Below are positions 1-7,992 of a stretch of DNA of 64,000 nucleotides, piece after piece; positions within the stretch are counted from its first letter, which is position 1, and each line of letters begins with the position of its first letter. The notes below the pieces were generated by a model that worked only from the letters and a program-made list of their open reading frames with translations, was not told the origin of the DNA and did not search any database. A program made the translations under genes and the position numbers. The stretch comes from Spirochaetia bacterium (GTDB taxonomy: Bacteria > Spirochaetota > Spirochaetia > SZUA-6 > Bin103): assembly GCA_965198005.1 (NCBI GenBank), contig CBDAOI010000003.1, forward strand, positions 1,056,001-1,120,000, given 5' to 3'.

Positions 1-579
1 CCCAGAAGATCGGGGTTGCGATCGCGCCCGGCGAGATGCTGTTGACCCGGATGTTGCACGGGCCCAGCTCCACCGCCGCCACCGGGTGGCCGCCACCACC
101 GCCGCCTTGGCCGCGCTGTAGAGGATGGACCCGTGGCCGACGCGGTGGGCGGCGACGCTGGCATTGTTGATGATCGAGCCGCCGCCCCCGCGTTTCATGT
201 GCGGGACGGTGTGCTTGATCGCCAGCAGCACGCTGTTGAACAGCAGCCCCAGCGCCGACCGGATCTGCGCCTCCTCGATTTGGTCGATCGGGGGCACGCG
301 CTCGCCGGCGCCGGCGTTGTTGAACAGGCAGTCGATGCGCCCGAAGCGCGCCACCGCCGCCTGCGCCAGCGCCTGCAGATCGGCCTCGCGCGCCACGTCG
401 GTGCGGACGAAGATGGCGCGCTCGCCGAGCCGCTCGGCCAGCGCCTCCCCCTTGGCGCGCGAGCGGGCGGCCATCACCACCGCCGCCCCCTGTTGGATGA
501 ACACTTCGGAGGTGCGCTCGCCGATGCCGCTGGTGGCGCCGGTGATGATCGCGACCTTGCCCTGCAACCTGCCGCCCAC
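1..579 (-). pseudogene. Short-chain dehydrogenase/reductase (SDR), runs off the left edge, with a 1-nt frameshift near 82-84 (pseudogene or sequencing error)
   Basis: Manual translation from GTG at 579 gives MGGRLQGKVAIITGATSGIG (TGxxxGIG), NNAG and YSAAK. The expected continuation ELGPCNIRVNSISPG is in another frame (offset 50 nt rather than 51). Confidence 0.8.
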
Positions 580-739
580 GGCGCGATTGTGCTGCGAACC
601 TCGCCACGCGGCAAGCGGGAACGCGGGGGTGGCGGGCGCGGGGATCGGAGCCGCGCGGTATTTGACCGACTTGGCGCCATGCGCATCCGGACGCCCGGCA
701 CGATGGGCCAGAAACCTCCGTCGCGGCCGCGGACGCGCG

Positions 740-768
740 TTGACATGAGCTGACTCGTTAGGCATTCT
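740..768 (+). promoter_or_regulatory. Putative sigma70 promoter of the antitoxin, probably leaderless
   Basis: TTGACA(740-745)-N17-CATTCT(763-768); ATG at 776 lies at the expected start site and has no SD. Confidence 0.45.
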
Positions 769-775
769 GTATAAC

Positions 776-1021
776 ATGAAGTCGTTCAACGTGCGGCACA
801 TCCAGCATCGGCTCGCCGACGTGCTTGCCGAAGTCGAGGGCGGCGAGGAGATCGAGATCGTGCGTCGCGGCCGTCCGGTGGCGCGGATCGTTCCGTTGCG
901 GTTGGTCGCGCCGCCGTGCGACTGGAGCCACGCCGCGGGTCGCCTGCGGGAAGCCTACTCCGAGCCTGTCGGCGGCATTGCTGCAGCGGATCTCATTGCC
1001 GATGGGCGCGGCGAACGGTGA
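776..1021 (+). CDS. Phd/YefM (prevent-host-death) family antitoxin
   Basis: 81 aa; N-terminal pattern 'LADVLAEVEGGEEIEIVRRGRPVARIVP' is typical of Phd/VapB antitoxins. Confidence 0.85.
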   Translation: MKSFNVRHIQHRLADVLAEVEGGEEIEIVRRGRPVARIVPLRLVAPPCDWSHAAGRLREAYSEPVGGIAAADLIADGRGER

Positions 1022-1065
1022 GCCTCTATTACGATTCCGGCGTACTGACTGGAAAGTCACGCTAG
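1018..1065 (+). pseudogene. Remnant of a VapC/PIN toxin (first ~10 codons only)
   Basis: GTG overlaps the antitoxin stop (GTGA). It reads MSLYYDSGVLTGKSR*, resembling the PIN beta1 'YxDsS/GvL' motif, and ends at the stop of the convergent gene. Confidence 0.6.
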
Positions 1066-2747
1066 TCCGCGGGCGGGTTCCAGCGCGGCGGCGAGCTGCT
1101 GTCGGCGGGGTCGGTTACCACCTCCACCACCGCCGGCCGCCCGGCGGCCGCGGCCTGCTCCAGCGCGCCCCGGATCTCGGCGGGACGTTCCACCCGGACG
1201 GCGAACGCGCCCATGGCCGCGGCGACCGCGGCCAGGTCCACGTCGTTGAACTTCCACAGCGGGCTGGAATCGGTGCCGGGCACGCGGGCGAACGCCTTGT
1301 CGTCGCCGGCCTTGTCCTGAATCAGGCCGCGGTTGTTGTTGATCACGATGATCACCGGCACGTTCCAGCGCACCGCGGTCTCGATTTCGCCCAGGTGGTA
1401 CCAGAATCCGCCGTCGCCGGTGAAGCACACCACCTGCCGGTCCGGCAGCGCCAGCTGGGCGCCGACCGCGGCCGGCAGTGCCCAGCCCAGGGACCCGGCA
1501 CAGCGCAGGTAGGACTGCCGCGGATGGTTCAGGTCCACCATCGAAGCGGTCCAGATGCCGGCATGGCCGGTGTCCGATACCAGCACCGCGTCGCGGGCGA
1601 GAAACTCGGTGAGCTCCGTGCACAACCGCTCCGGGATGATCGGAACCGCCTCCGACCGGGCGCGCGGCGCCACCTCCGCGCGCCACTCCCGCACCAGGCC
1701 GCGCACCCGTGACAGCCAGTCGGCCCGGCCGCTCCCGCCCTCCACCGCTTCGATCAGGCGCCGGGTGGTGGCCTTCGCGTCGCCGTGCAGCGAGACCTGG
1801 ATCGAATAGTTGCGGCCCAGCTCCGACGGGTCGAGGTCGATCTGAATCACCGGCGTGTCGACGCTCGGTATCTTCCATTCATTGGTTACCTGGCTGCCGG
1901 TGTGGCTGCCGATGAACAGCACCAGGTCCGCCTCGTGCACCACGCGGTTGGCGCACCAGCGCGAGTAGGTGCCGACCACGCCCACCGCCAGCCGGTGCTG
2001 GTCCGGAATCGTGCCCTTGGCGTTGAGCGAGGTGGCGACCGGGATGGACAGCTTCTCGGCCAGCTCCAGCACCTCGTGCTGCGCCTGTGACGAGGTGACG
2101 CCGCCGCCGGCGACGATGACCGGACGCTCCGCTCCCGCCAGCGCCCGCGCCGCCTGCCGCACCGTGTTCGGATCCGCCTCCGGACGAAACGCGGGCCGCC
2201 GGGTGAAGGGCGACTCCACCAGCACCTCGAGGTCCGCTTCACCCTCCATGATTACGTTGCCGGAGATCCCCTGCAGGTCGAGGTGCACCGGTGCGGTGGC
2301 TCCGGTGGTGGCTTCGCGGAACGCCAGCCGCAGCAGGTGCGGAAACTGCTCGACCGTCTCGACCAGTCCGCTGAACTTGGTTACCGGCGCGAACAGCCCG
2401 GCGTGCTCGATCTCCTGGTACGCGTTCCGGAACTGCTCGGCCGGCGTCTTGCGCCCGGTCAGAGCGATGACCGGGGACAGGGCGAGATAGGCGTCCTGGA
2501 GCCCTGCCGCCAGATTGGCGGCACCGACCGATTGGGCCAGACACAGCGCGGGGCGGTTGCACGCCCGCGCGTACCCGTCGGCCATGTAGGCGGCCGCCTT
2601 CTCGCCGTGCGTCACGATGCTGGTGACGCCGCGCGCGCTCAGTTCCGCGAGCCCGAGCGACGCGATTGCGGGCGACACGAATACGTGCGCAACCCCGTAT
2701 GCGTGCAGCGTCTCCGCGAAGAATGCGGCCCCTGTGGTCCGTCCCAT
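1062..2747 (-). CDS. Thiamine-diphosphate-dependent enzyme, acetolactate synthase large-subunit-like
   Basis: 561 aa; HGEKAAAYMADGYAR and a C-terminal GDGG...NN ThDP-binding motif. Substrate not determinable. Confidence 0.9.
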   Translation of the reverse strand: MGRTTGAAFFAETLHAYGVAHVFVSPAIASLGLAELSARGVTSIVTHGEKAAAYMADGYARACNRPALCLAQSVGAANLAAGLQDAYLALSPVIALTGRKTPAEQFRNAYQEIEHAGLFAPVTKFSGLVETVEQFPHLLRLAFREATTGATAPVHLDLQGISGNVIMEGEADLEVLVESPFTRRPAFRPEADPNTVRQAARALAGAERPVIVAGGGVTSSQAQHEVLELAEKLSIPVATSLNAKGTIPDQHRLAVGVVGTYSRWCANRVVHEADLVLFIGSHTGSQVTNEWKIPSVDTPVIQIDLDPSELGRNYSIQVSLHGDAKATTRRLIEAVEGGSGRADWLSRVRGLVREWRAEVAPRARSEAVPIIPERLCTELTEFLARDAVLVSDTGHAGIWTASMVDLNHPRQSYLRCAGSLGWALPAAVGAQLALPDRQVVCFTGDGGFWYHLGEIETAVRWNVPVIIVINNNRGLIQDKAGDDKAFARVPGTDSSPLWKFNDVDLAAVAAAMGAFAVRVERPAEIRGALEQAAAAGRPAVVEVVTDPADSSSPPRWNPPAD

Positions 2748-2779
2748 GGCACCTCCCGTAGCGGCGCATAATACACCGG

Positions 2780-2807
2780 TTGACGTTTTCTCATGAGACC
2801 GTATTAT
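2780..2807 (+). promoter_or_regulatory. Putative sigma70 promoter for the fliM-flhF operon
   Basis: TTGACG(2780-2785)-N16-TATTAT(2802-2807) in an AT-rich divergent intergenic region. Confidence 0.55.
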
Positions 2808-2918
2808 AGAACACTACGTTGCCCGCCCCACGCGGCGGGGACGGGGTCGCTGTTCGTGGGAGCCGCTTTCCCGCCCTGGAAGTTGGCCGAGGCGAACCGC
2901 GAAAACTGGGGGAAATGC

Positions 2919-3914
2919 GTGGACGTTATCAGTCAACGCCGCACGGCGCCGCCGCGGCGCACCGGCGACGCCGGCATCGGTCAGCCGGCTGTCAGGCCGC
3001 TCAGCCTGGGGCGGCCGGAGCACCTGTCGCCCGAACAGATCGCCGGACTGTCGGCGGTGCACGAGGGCTTCGCCCGGCGCGCCGGCGAGGCGCTGTCGGC
3101 GTACCTGCGCAGCCCGGTCCGACTCCACCTGAAGACCGTTCAGCAGCTCTCGTACGAGGAGTGCGCCCGGGCCCTGCCGGATCCCGGCGCCCTGGCCGTG
3201 GTGGAGTTGGAGCCGTTCGCCGGCACGGCGCTGCTGGCGGTCGATCAACCGTTCGCGTTTGCGGCGATAGACCGGCTGCTTGGCGGCCGGGGCGACTCTG
3301 CGGCGCCCGCGCGCGGCCTGAGCGACATCGAGCGCGCGGTAATGGAGAACATCGTGCACCGGCTGATGGCGCCTCTGGCCGCGGCGTGGCAGCCGGTACG
3401 GGCGCTCCGGCCGCGGTTGAGCCGCATCGAAACCGCCCCGGAACAGGCCCGGATCGCCGCGCCGCGGGAGGCCGTGGTGCGGCTGACGTTCGACCTCCGC
3501 CTGCGCGCGGCCGGGACCATGCATTTCCTGATTCCTCTTTCGGCCCTGGCCCCGGTCAGGAGCAGGCTCGGACCACGGTCGTGCGGGCACGCCGAGCGCC
3601 GGGAGGAGCGCGGCGCCGAAGCCGGCGGCCGCGGCGGCGGCCGCGCGCGCTCGCAACGGGCGACGCTCGGTGAGTTGCTGCGGGCGGCGCCGTTGCCGGT
3701 GACCGTGGAGCTCGGGGGCGCCTGCGTACCGTTGCGCGCCATCCTCGAGCTGACGGCGGGCGACGTGCTGCCGCTGGACCGGGTGCGGCCGGGCGACGAG
3801 CTGGCGGTTAAGGTAGGCGGCAGAACGAAGTTCATGGGGCGGCCGGGCGTGGTAGGCGGCCGGCTCGCCGTCCAGATCCGGGCACCGGCGCGGGTCGGGG
3901 GCGGGCCGGAATGA
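2919..3914 (+). CDS. fliM: Flagellar motor switch protein FliM (divergent; CheY-binding N-terminus degenerate)
   Basis: RP..LS.EQI..L...HE.FAR, IDRLLGGRG, LSDIER and a C-terminal SpoA domain. Start taken at GTG 2919 (MDVISQ). Confidence 0.85.
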   Translation: MDVISQRRTAPPRRTGDAGIGQPAVRPLSLGRPEHLSPEQIAGLSAVHEGFARRAGEALSAYLRSPVRLHLKTVQQLSYEECARALPDPGALAVVELEPFAGTALLAVDQPFAFAAIDRLLGGRGDSAAPARGLSDIERAVMENIVHRLMAPLAAAWQPVRALRPRLSRIETAPEQARIAAPREAVVRLTFDLRLRAAGTMHFLIPLSALAPVRSRLGPRSCGHAERREERGAEAGGRGGGRARSQRATLGELLRAAPLPVTVELGGACVPLRAILELTAGDVLPLDRVRPGDELAVKVGGRTKFMGRPGVVGGRLAVQIRAPARVGGGPE

Positions 3915-4273
3915 GTGCCGCCGACGTGCAGCCCATGCAGCTTGCCAGCCTGCAGCCGGAGGCCGAAACCGGCCACCACCGGACGCCGGCCGACATCGGG
4001 TTCCTGAAGGACGTGGACCTGCGGATCACGGTGGAGCTCGGCGGCACCACGCGGACGATCGGGGAGATTCTGGGCCTCGGCACCGGGTCGGTGATCGAGC
4101 TCGACAAGCTGGCGGGCGAGCCGGTCGAGATCCTGGTCAACCGCACGCCGATCGCCCGCGGCGAGGTGGTGGTGATCGACGACGCGTATGGCGTGCGGGT
4201 CACGGAGATCATGGCCGGCGTGCGGATGGGCGACGATGGAGCGGGCAACGGCTCCCGCGTCGAGGCGGGCTAG
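3911..4273 (+). CDS. fliN: Flagellar switch protein FliN (SpoA domain only)
   Basis: DV.LRITVELG, GSVIELDKLAGEPVEILVN, ARGEVVVIDD.YGVRVTEI. Confidence 0.92.
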   Translation: MSAADVQPMQLASLQPEAETGHHRTPADIGFLKDVDLRITVELGGTTRTIGEILGLGTGSVIELDKLAGEPVEILVNRTPIARGEVVVIDDAYGVRVTEIMAGVRMGDDGAGNGSRVEAG

Positions 4274-5003
4274 CGGCCTGCGCACCGTGGGTCGCCGCAG
4301 GCCGGCACGCGCACCCGCGGCACTGGTACTGCTGCTCATCGGGAGCGCGGTGCTTGGGCTGATCGGTCCGCTCGCCGCCCAGGAGCCGCAGCCGTCCACG
4401 CCGGAGCCGGCGGCGGGCGCCGCCGATCCCGCGCGCGACCTGACCCCGCTGCCCGGAACCGGGGAGTCGGCCGCGCTGGCGGTTGCACGCGCTCCCGCCG
4501 GCGGCGCGGCCCCGTCCACCTGGGACTTCGTGCGCATGGTGCTGGTGCTGGCCGCGGTGCTGGCCGCCATCTATCTGGTTTTCCTGTTGGTCAAGCGCAG
4601 CACGTCGGGACGGGTGCGGGAGAACGACCTGATCACCCTGGTCGGCTCGCGCACGCTCGGCGGCGGGCGCCACCTGCACTTGGTGCGGGTGGGTACGTCC
4701 TACTACCTGGTGGGGGCGGCGGACGAGTCGGTCAACCTGATTGCCGAGATTACCGACGGTGAGAGCCTCGACACGCTGAAGCTCGAGCTGTCCACGGCAA
4801 CGGTCGCGGGGCGGCGCAGTTTTGCGGACGTGCTCGGCGAGGCGTTCGGCGGCATCGGCGCGGGCGGCAGCCGGGGCCACGGTCACGGCGTCCTGCTTTC
4901 CGGCGGCGAGGCCGCCGCCGGAAGCGTGCTCGGCCAGCGGCGCCGCGGGGTCCAGAACGTGCACCGTCGACCCGGGCGGGGAGGGGCCGATGCCGGCAGT
5001 TGA
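4236..5003 (+). CDS. fliO: Flagellar biogenesis protein FliO/FliZ
   Basis: TM segment 'FVRMVLVLAAVLAAIYLVFLLVK' followed by 'LGGGRHLHLVRVG..YYLVG....VNLIAEI'; lies between fliN and fliP. Start uncertain. Confidence 0.8.
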   Translation: MERATAPASRRASGLRTVGRRRPARAPAALVLLLIGSAVLGLIGPLAAQEPQPSTPEPAAGAADPARDLTPLPGTGESAALAVARAPAGGAAPSTWDFVRMVLVLAAVLAAIYLVFLLVKRSTSGRVRENDLITLVGSRTLGGGRHLHLVRVGTSYYLVGAADESVNLIAEITDGESLDTLKLELSTATVAGRRSFADVLGEAFGGIGAGGSRGHGHGVLLSGGEAAAGSVLGQRRRGVQNVHRRPGRGGADAGS

Positions 5004-5793
5004 CCGCCGCTGGTGCGCCGGCGGCCTGCTCGCGCTGCTGGTGCTGGGCCAGCTCCTGGCACCGGCCCCGGCGGCCGCCCAGGAGCTGGTGGACGCGCTC
5101 GCCGACGGTGTGGGGTTTCCGTTCGTCGATCTGTCGGTGCGCGACGCCCAGTCGAACCGGGAAGTGCTGCTGTCGCTGCAGTTCCTGCTGCTGCTGGCGG
5201 TGGTGTCGCTGGCGCCTTCCCTGATCGTCCTGATGACCTCGTTCGTGCGGCTGGCGATCGTATTCGACTTGGTCAAGCGGGCCTTGTCGCTGCAGCACGT
5301 GCCGCCGCACCAGGTGCTGATGGGCATCGCCCTGTTTCTCACCCTGTTCATCATGTGGCCCACGCTCGACACGGTGAACCGCACCGCGCTGCAGCCGTTC
5401 GCGCGCGGCGAACTGAACACCGAACAGCTCCTGCAGCGGGCCGAGACGCCGGTGCGGGAGTTCATGTTTCGCCAGCTCGGGGACGACGCCGACAACATCC
5501 GTCTGTTCATGCGCATGCGCGACCTGCCGAAGCCGGCCACGCGCGCCGACGTGCCCACCTACATCCTGATCCCCGCCTTCATCCTGCACGAGCTGACGGT
5601 GGCCTTCAAGATCGGGATTCTGATCTTCGTGCCGTTCGTGATCATCGACCTGGTGGTGGCCACGGCACTGATTTCGATGGGCATCATCGTGCTCCCGCCG
5701 ATGCTGATCTCGCTGCCGTTCAAGCTGATCCTGTTCGTGCTGGTGGACGGCTGGGACCTGATCACGATGCAGGTGATCGCGAGCTTTCGCTGA
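4990..5793 (+). CDS. fliP: Flagellar export gate protein FliP
   Basis: MTSFVR, PPHQVL, LIPAFILHEL..AFKIG, LPFKLILFVLVDGW. Confidence 0.96.
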   Translation: MPAVDRRWCAGGLLALLVLGQLLAPAPAAAQELVDALADGVGFPFVDLSVRDAQSNREVLLSLQFLLLLAVVSLAPSLIVLMTSFVRLAIVFDLVKRALSLQHVPPHQVLMGIALFLTLFIMWPTLDTVNRTALQPFARGELNTEQLLQRAETPVREFMFRQLGDDADNIRLFMRMRDLPKPATRADVPTYILIPAFILHELTVAFKIGILIFVPFVIIDLVVATALISMGIIVLPPMLISLPFKLILFVLVDGWDLITMQVIASFR

Positions 5794-6074
5794 TGGACGG
5801 GGCCATGACAATGGGCGCGGCGGTGACTCTGGCGCGCGACGGCGTGCTGCAGTTGCTGATGATCGCGGGACCGATCCTCGGGGTGAGCGTGATCGTCGGC
5901 CTGGTGATCTCGATTCTCCAGGCGACCACCTCGATTCAGGAGCAGACGCTCACCTTCGTCCCCAAGATCCTCGCCCTGCTCGGCGTGGTATTCCTGCTCG
6001 CGCCCTGGCTCGGCGGTTCGATGGTGGAGTTTACTCGCCGCCTGTACGCGGCGATTCCGGGGATGGCGCTGTGA
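5793..6074 (+). CDS. fliQ: Flagellar export gate protein FliQ
   Basis: GLVISILQATTSIQEQTLTFVPK. Start at ATG 5793 or 5805. Confidence 0.95.
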   Translation: MDGAMTMGAAVTLARDGVLQLLMIAGPILGVSVIVGLVISILQATTSIQEQTLTFVPKILALLGVVFLLAPWLGGSMVEFTRRLYAAIPGMAL

Positions 6075-6916
6075 CCGCGGGCGGACTGCTGGACGGGCTG
6101 GTGACGCTCGACGACTGGTACGTGGGCCTGCTGGTATTTGCCCGGGTGCTCGCCATGATCCAGGTGGCGCCGCTGTTCTCGTCGTCCGCCGTCCCCCAGA
6201 TCGCCAAGTTCGGTCTGGCGCTGTTCCTTACGGTGATTCTGCTGCCGTGGGTGCTGGAGCGCGGCTATCCGGTGCCCGCGTCCGGCGTGCAGTATGCACT
6301 GCTGCTGCTCGGTGAGGCGCTGGTGGGCCTGCTGATCGGGTTTCTGATCTACCTGGCGGTCGCGGCGTTTCAGGTGGCGGGGCAGTTCCTTTCGCTGCAG
6401 CTCGGGTTCGACTCGGCCGAGGTGTTCGACCCGTTCAGCCGCAGCTCGCTGCCGTCGCTCGGCCAGTTGTTCCACCTGCTCGCGCTGCTGGTGTTCCTGA
6501 GCGTCGGCGGGGTGCACCGGTTCATGCTGACCGGCCTGCTCGGTTCGTTCCAGGCGCTGCGTGCCGGCGATCTGGCCGCGCCGGCGCTGCTGGGCACGCT
6601 GTCGCGCGGTCTGGGCACCCTGTTCGCGACCGCGTTCGCCATCGCGTTTCCGGTGTTCGGCGCGCTGGCGCTGGTGTCGGTCGCCCTGGCGCTGTTGGCC
6701 AAGGCGGCGCCGCAGATGAACCTGCTCATTCTGGGCGTGCCGATCGCGACGGCCGCCGGGCTGGTGATCCTGGTGCTGGCGCTGCCGGTGCTGCTGGAGG
6801 CGGTGGCGGCGGTCATCGACGGAGCGTTCGTGGAGTTGCGCCAACTGCTCGCGCGGCTGGCCGCCGAGCCCCGGCCGGCGCTGGATTCGGCCGCGGTCAG
6901 GGGAGGAGCGCTGTGA
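6071..6916 (+). CDS. fliR: Flagellar export gate protein FliR
   Basis: FARV..MI.VAPLFS, AFQVAGQ...QLGF, KAAPQMN. Confidence 0.93.
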   Translation: MTAGGLLDGLVTLDDWYVGLLVFARVLAMIQVAPLFSSSAVPQIAKFGLALFLTVILLPWVLERGYPVPASGVQYALLLLGEALVGLLIGFLIYLAVAAFQVAGQFLSLQLGFDSAEVFDPFSRSSLPSLGQLFHLLALLVFLSVGGVHRFMLTGLLGSFQALRAGDLAAPALLGTLSRGLGTLFATAFAIAFPVFGALALVSVALALLAKAAPQMNLLILGVPIATAAGLVILVLALPVLLEAVAAVIDGAFVELRQLLARLAAEPRPALDSAAVRGGAL

Positions 6917-7992
6917 GCGGCTGGTCCGGCGCGGAACACGAGGGGCGTACCGAGGCCCCCAGCGCCGCCCGACTGCGGGCTGCCCGCAGCGCGGGAGTGG
7001 TGCCGCGCACCACCGAGCTGCCGGCGGCGATGACGCTGGTGGGCGCGGTCGCGGCCCTGGCGGTGCTGGGACGTTCGGCGGTGGCCACGGTGAGGGAGAT
7101 GCTGCGCGTGTTCTTGATGCAGGCTGCCACGCCCGAGGTGGCGGCCACGCCGGCGAGCGCCGAGCTGGCATTCTCCTACCTGCTCCGTCTGGTGCTGCCC
7201 GTGGCCGGGATCGGCTTGGTGGCCGCGCTGGCCGGGAATCTGGTGCAGGTCCGGCCGCGGCTCGCGGTCAGACCGGTTGCGCCCGATTGGCACCGGATCG
7301 TTCCCCGGTTCCTCAGTTACTTCAGGCGTGCGCTGTTTTCCGCCGAGGCGGCCTACCGGCTGGCCGCCACCGCGCTCAAGGTGCTGGTCATCGCGGCGCT
7401 CGCGGGCGCGACCATTCACGCCGTGCTCGAGCGGCTGGCCGGTAGCGTGCGGATGCCGCTCGAAGCCGCCGGCGCACTGTTAGCGGCGGCGGCGCTGCGC
7501 ATGGCCGGCAGCGTGGCGCTGCTGCTGCTGGCCCTGGCGATTGCCGACTATCTGGTGCAGCGCCGGCGCCACCGCCGGGCACTGCGGATGACCCCGCGCG
7601 AGGTGCGCGAGGAGCGCCGCCGGCAGGAGCCCGATCCCCAGGTGCGCCGCCGGCTGCGCGCCCGCATGCGCGAGTTGCTGTCGCGCGACCTGGCGCGGCA
7701 GGTGGCGGGTGCGGCGGCGGTCATCACCGGCGGCGCGCGCTGGGCGGTGGCGGTGCGCTGGACCGGGCACGCCCTGGCGGCGCCGGTGGTGGTGGCCAAG
7801 GGGCTGGACGAGGCCGCCGGCAGGATCCGCGCGGCCGCCGCCGCCCACCCGGTGCCGCTGGTGGAGCGCCCGCAGTTGGCGCGGGTGCTGGCCGAGTACG
7901 TCGAGGTCGGCGACCCGGTCCCCGCCGCGTACTTCCGGCCGCTGGCGGAGGCACTGGCGCGGACCGCACCGGGGGAGGTGCCGGATGGCTGA
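6913..7992 (+). CDS. flhB: Flagellar export switch protein FlhB, lacking the NPTH autocleavage motif
   Basis: RTEAPS..RL, LRMT.REVREE...E.DPQV, APVVVAKG.D, PLVE.P.LAR. The expected VITNPTH reads VITGGAR. Confidence 0.9.
   Translation: MSGWSGAEHEGRTEAPSAARLRAARSAGVVPRTTELPAAMTLVGAVAALAVLGRSAVATVREMLRVFLMQAATPEVAATPASAELAFSYLLRLVLPVAGIGLVAALAGNLVQVRPRLAVRPVAPDWHRIVPRFLSYFRRALFSAEAAYRLAATALKVLVIAALAGATIHAVLERLAGSVRMPLEAAGALLAAAALRMAGSVALLLLALAIADYLVQRRRHRRALRMTPREVREERRRQEPDPQVRRRLRARMRELLSRDLARQVAGAAAVITGGARWAVAVRWTGHALAAPVVVAKGLDEAAGRIRAAAAAHPVPLVERPQLARVLAEYVEVGDPVPAAYFRPLAEALARTAPGEVPDG

Noticed and set aside
701-716. GATGGGCCAGAAAC resembling the 14676/51689 repeat
   Set aside because: The match is only about 10 bp and lacks the TTTTGG arm, so it could be chance.
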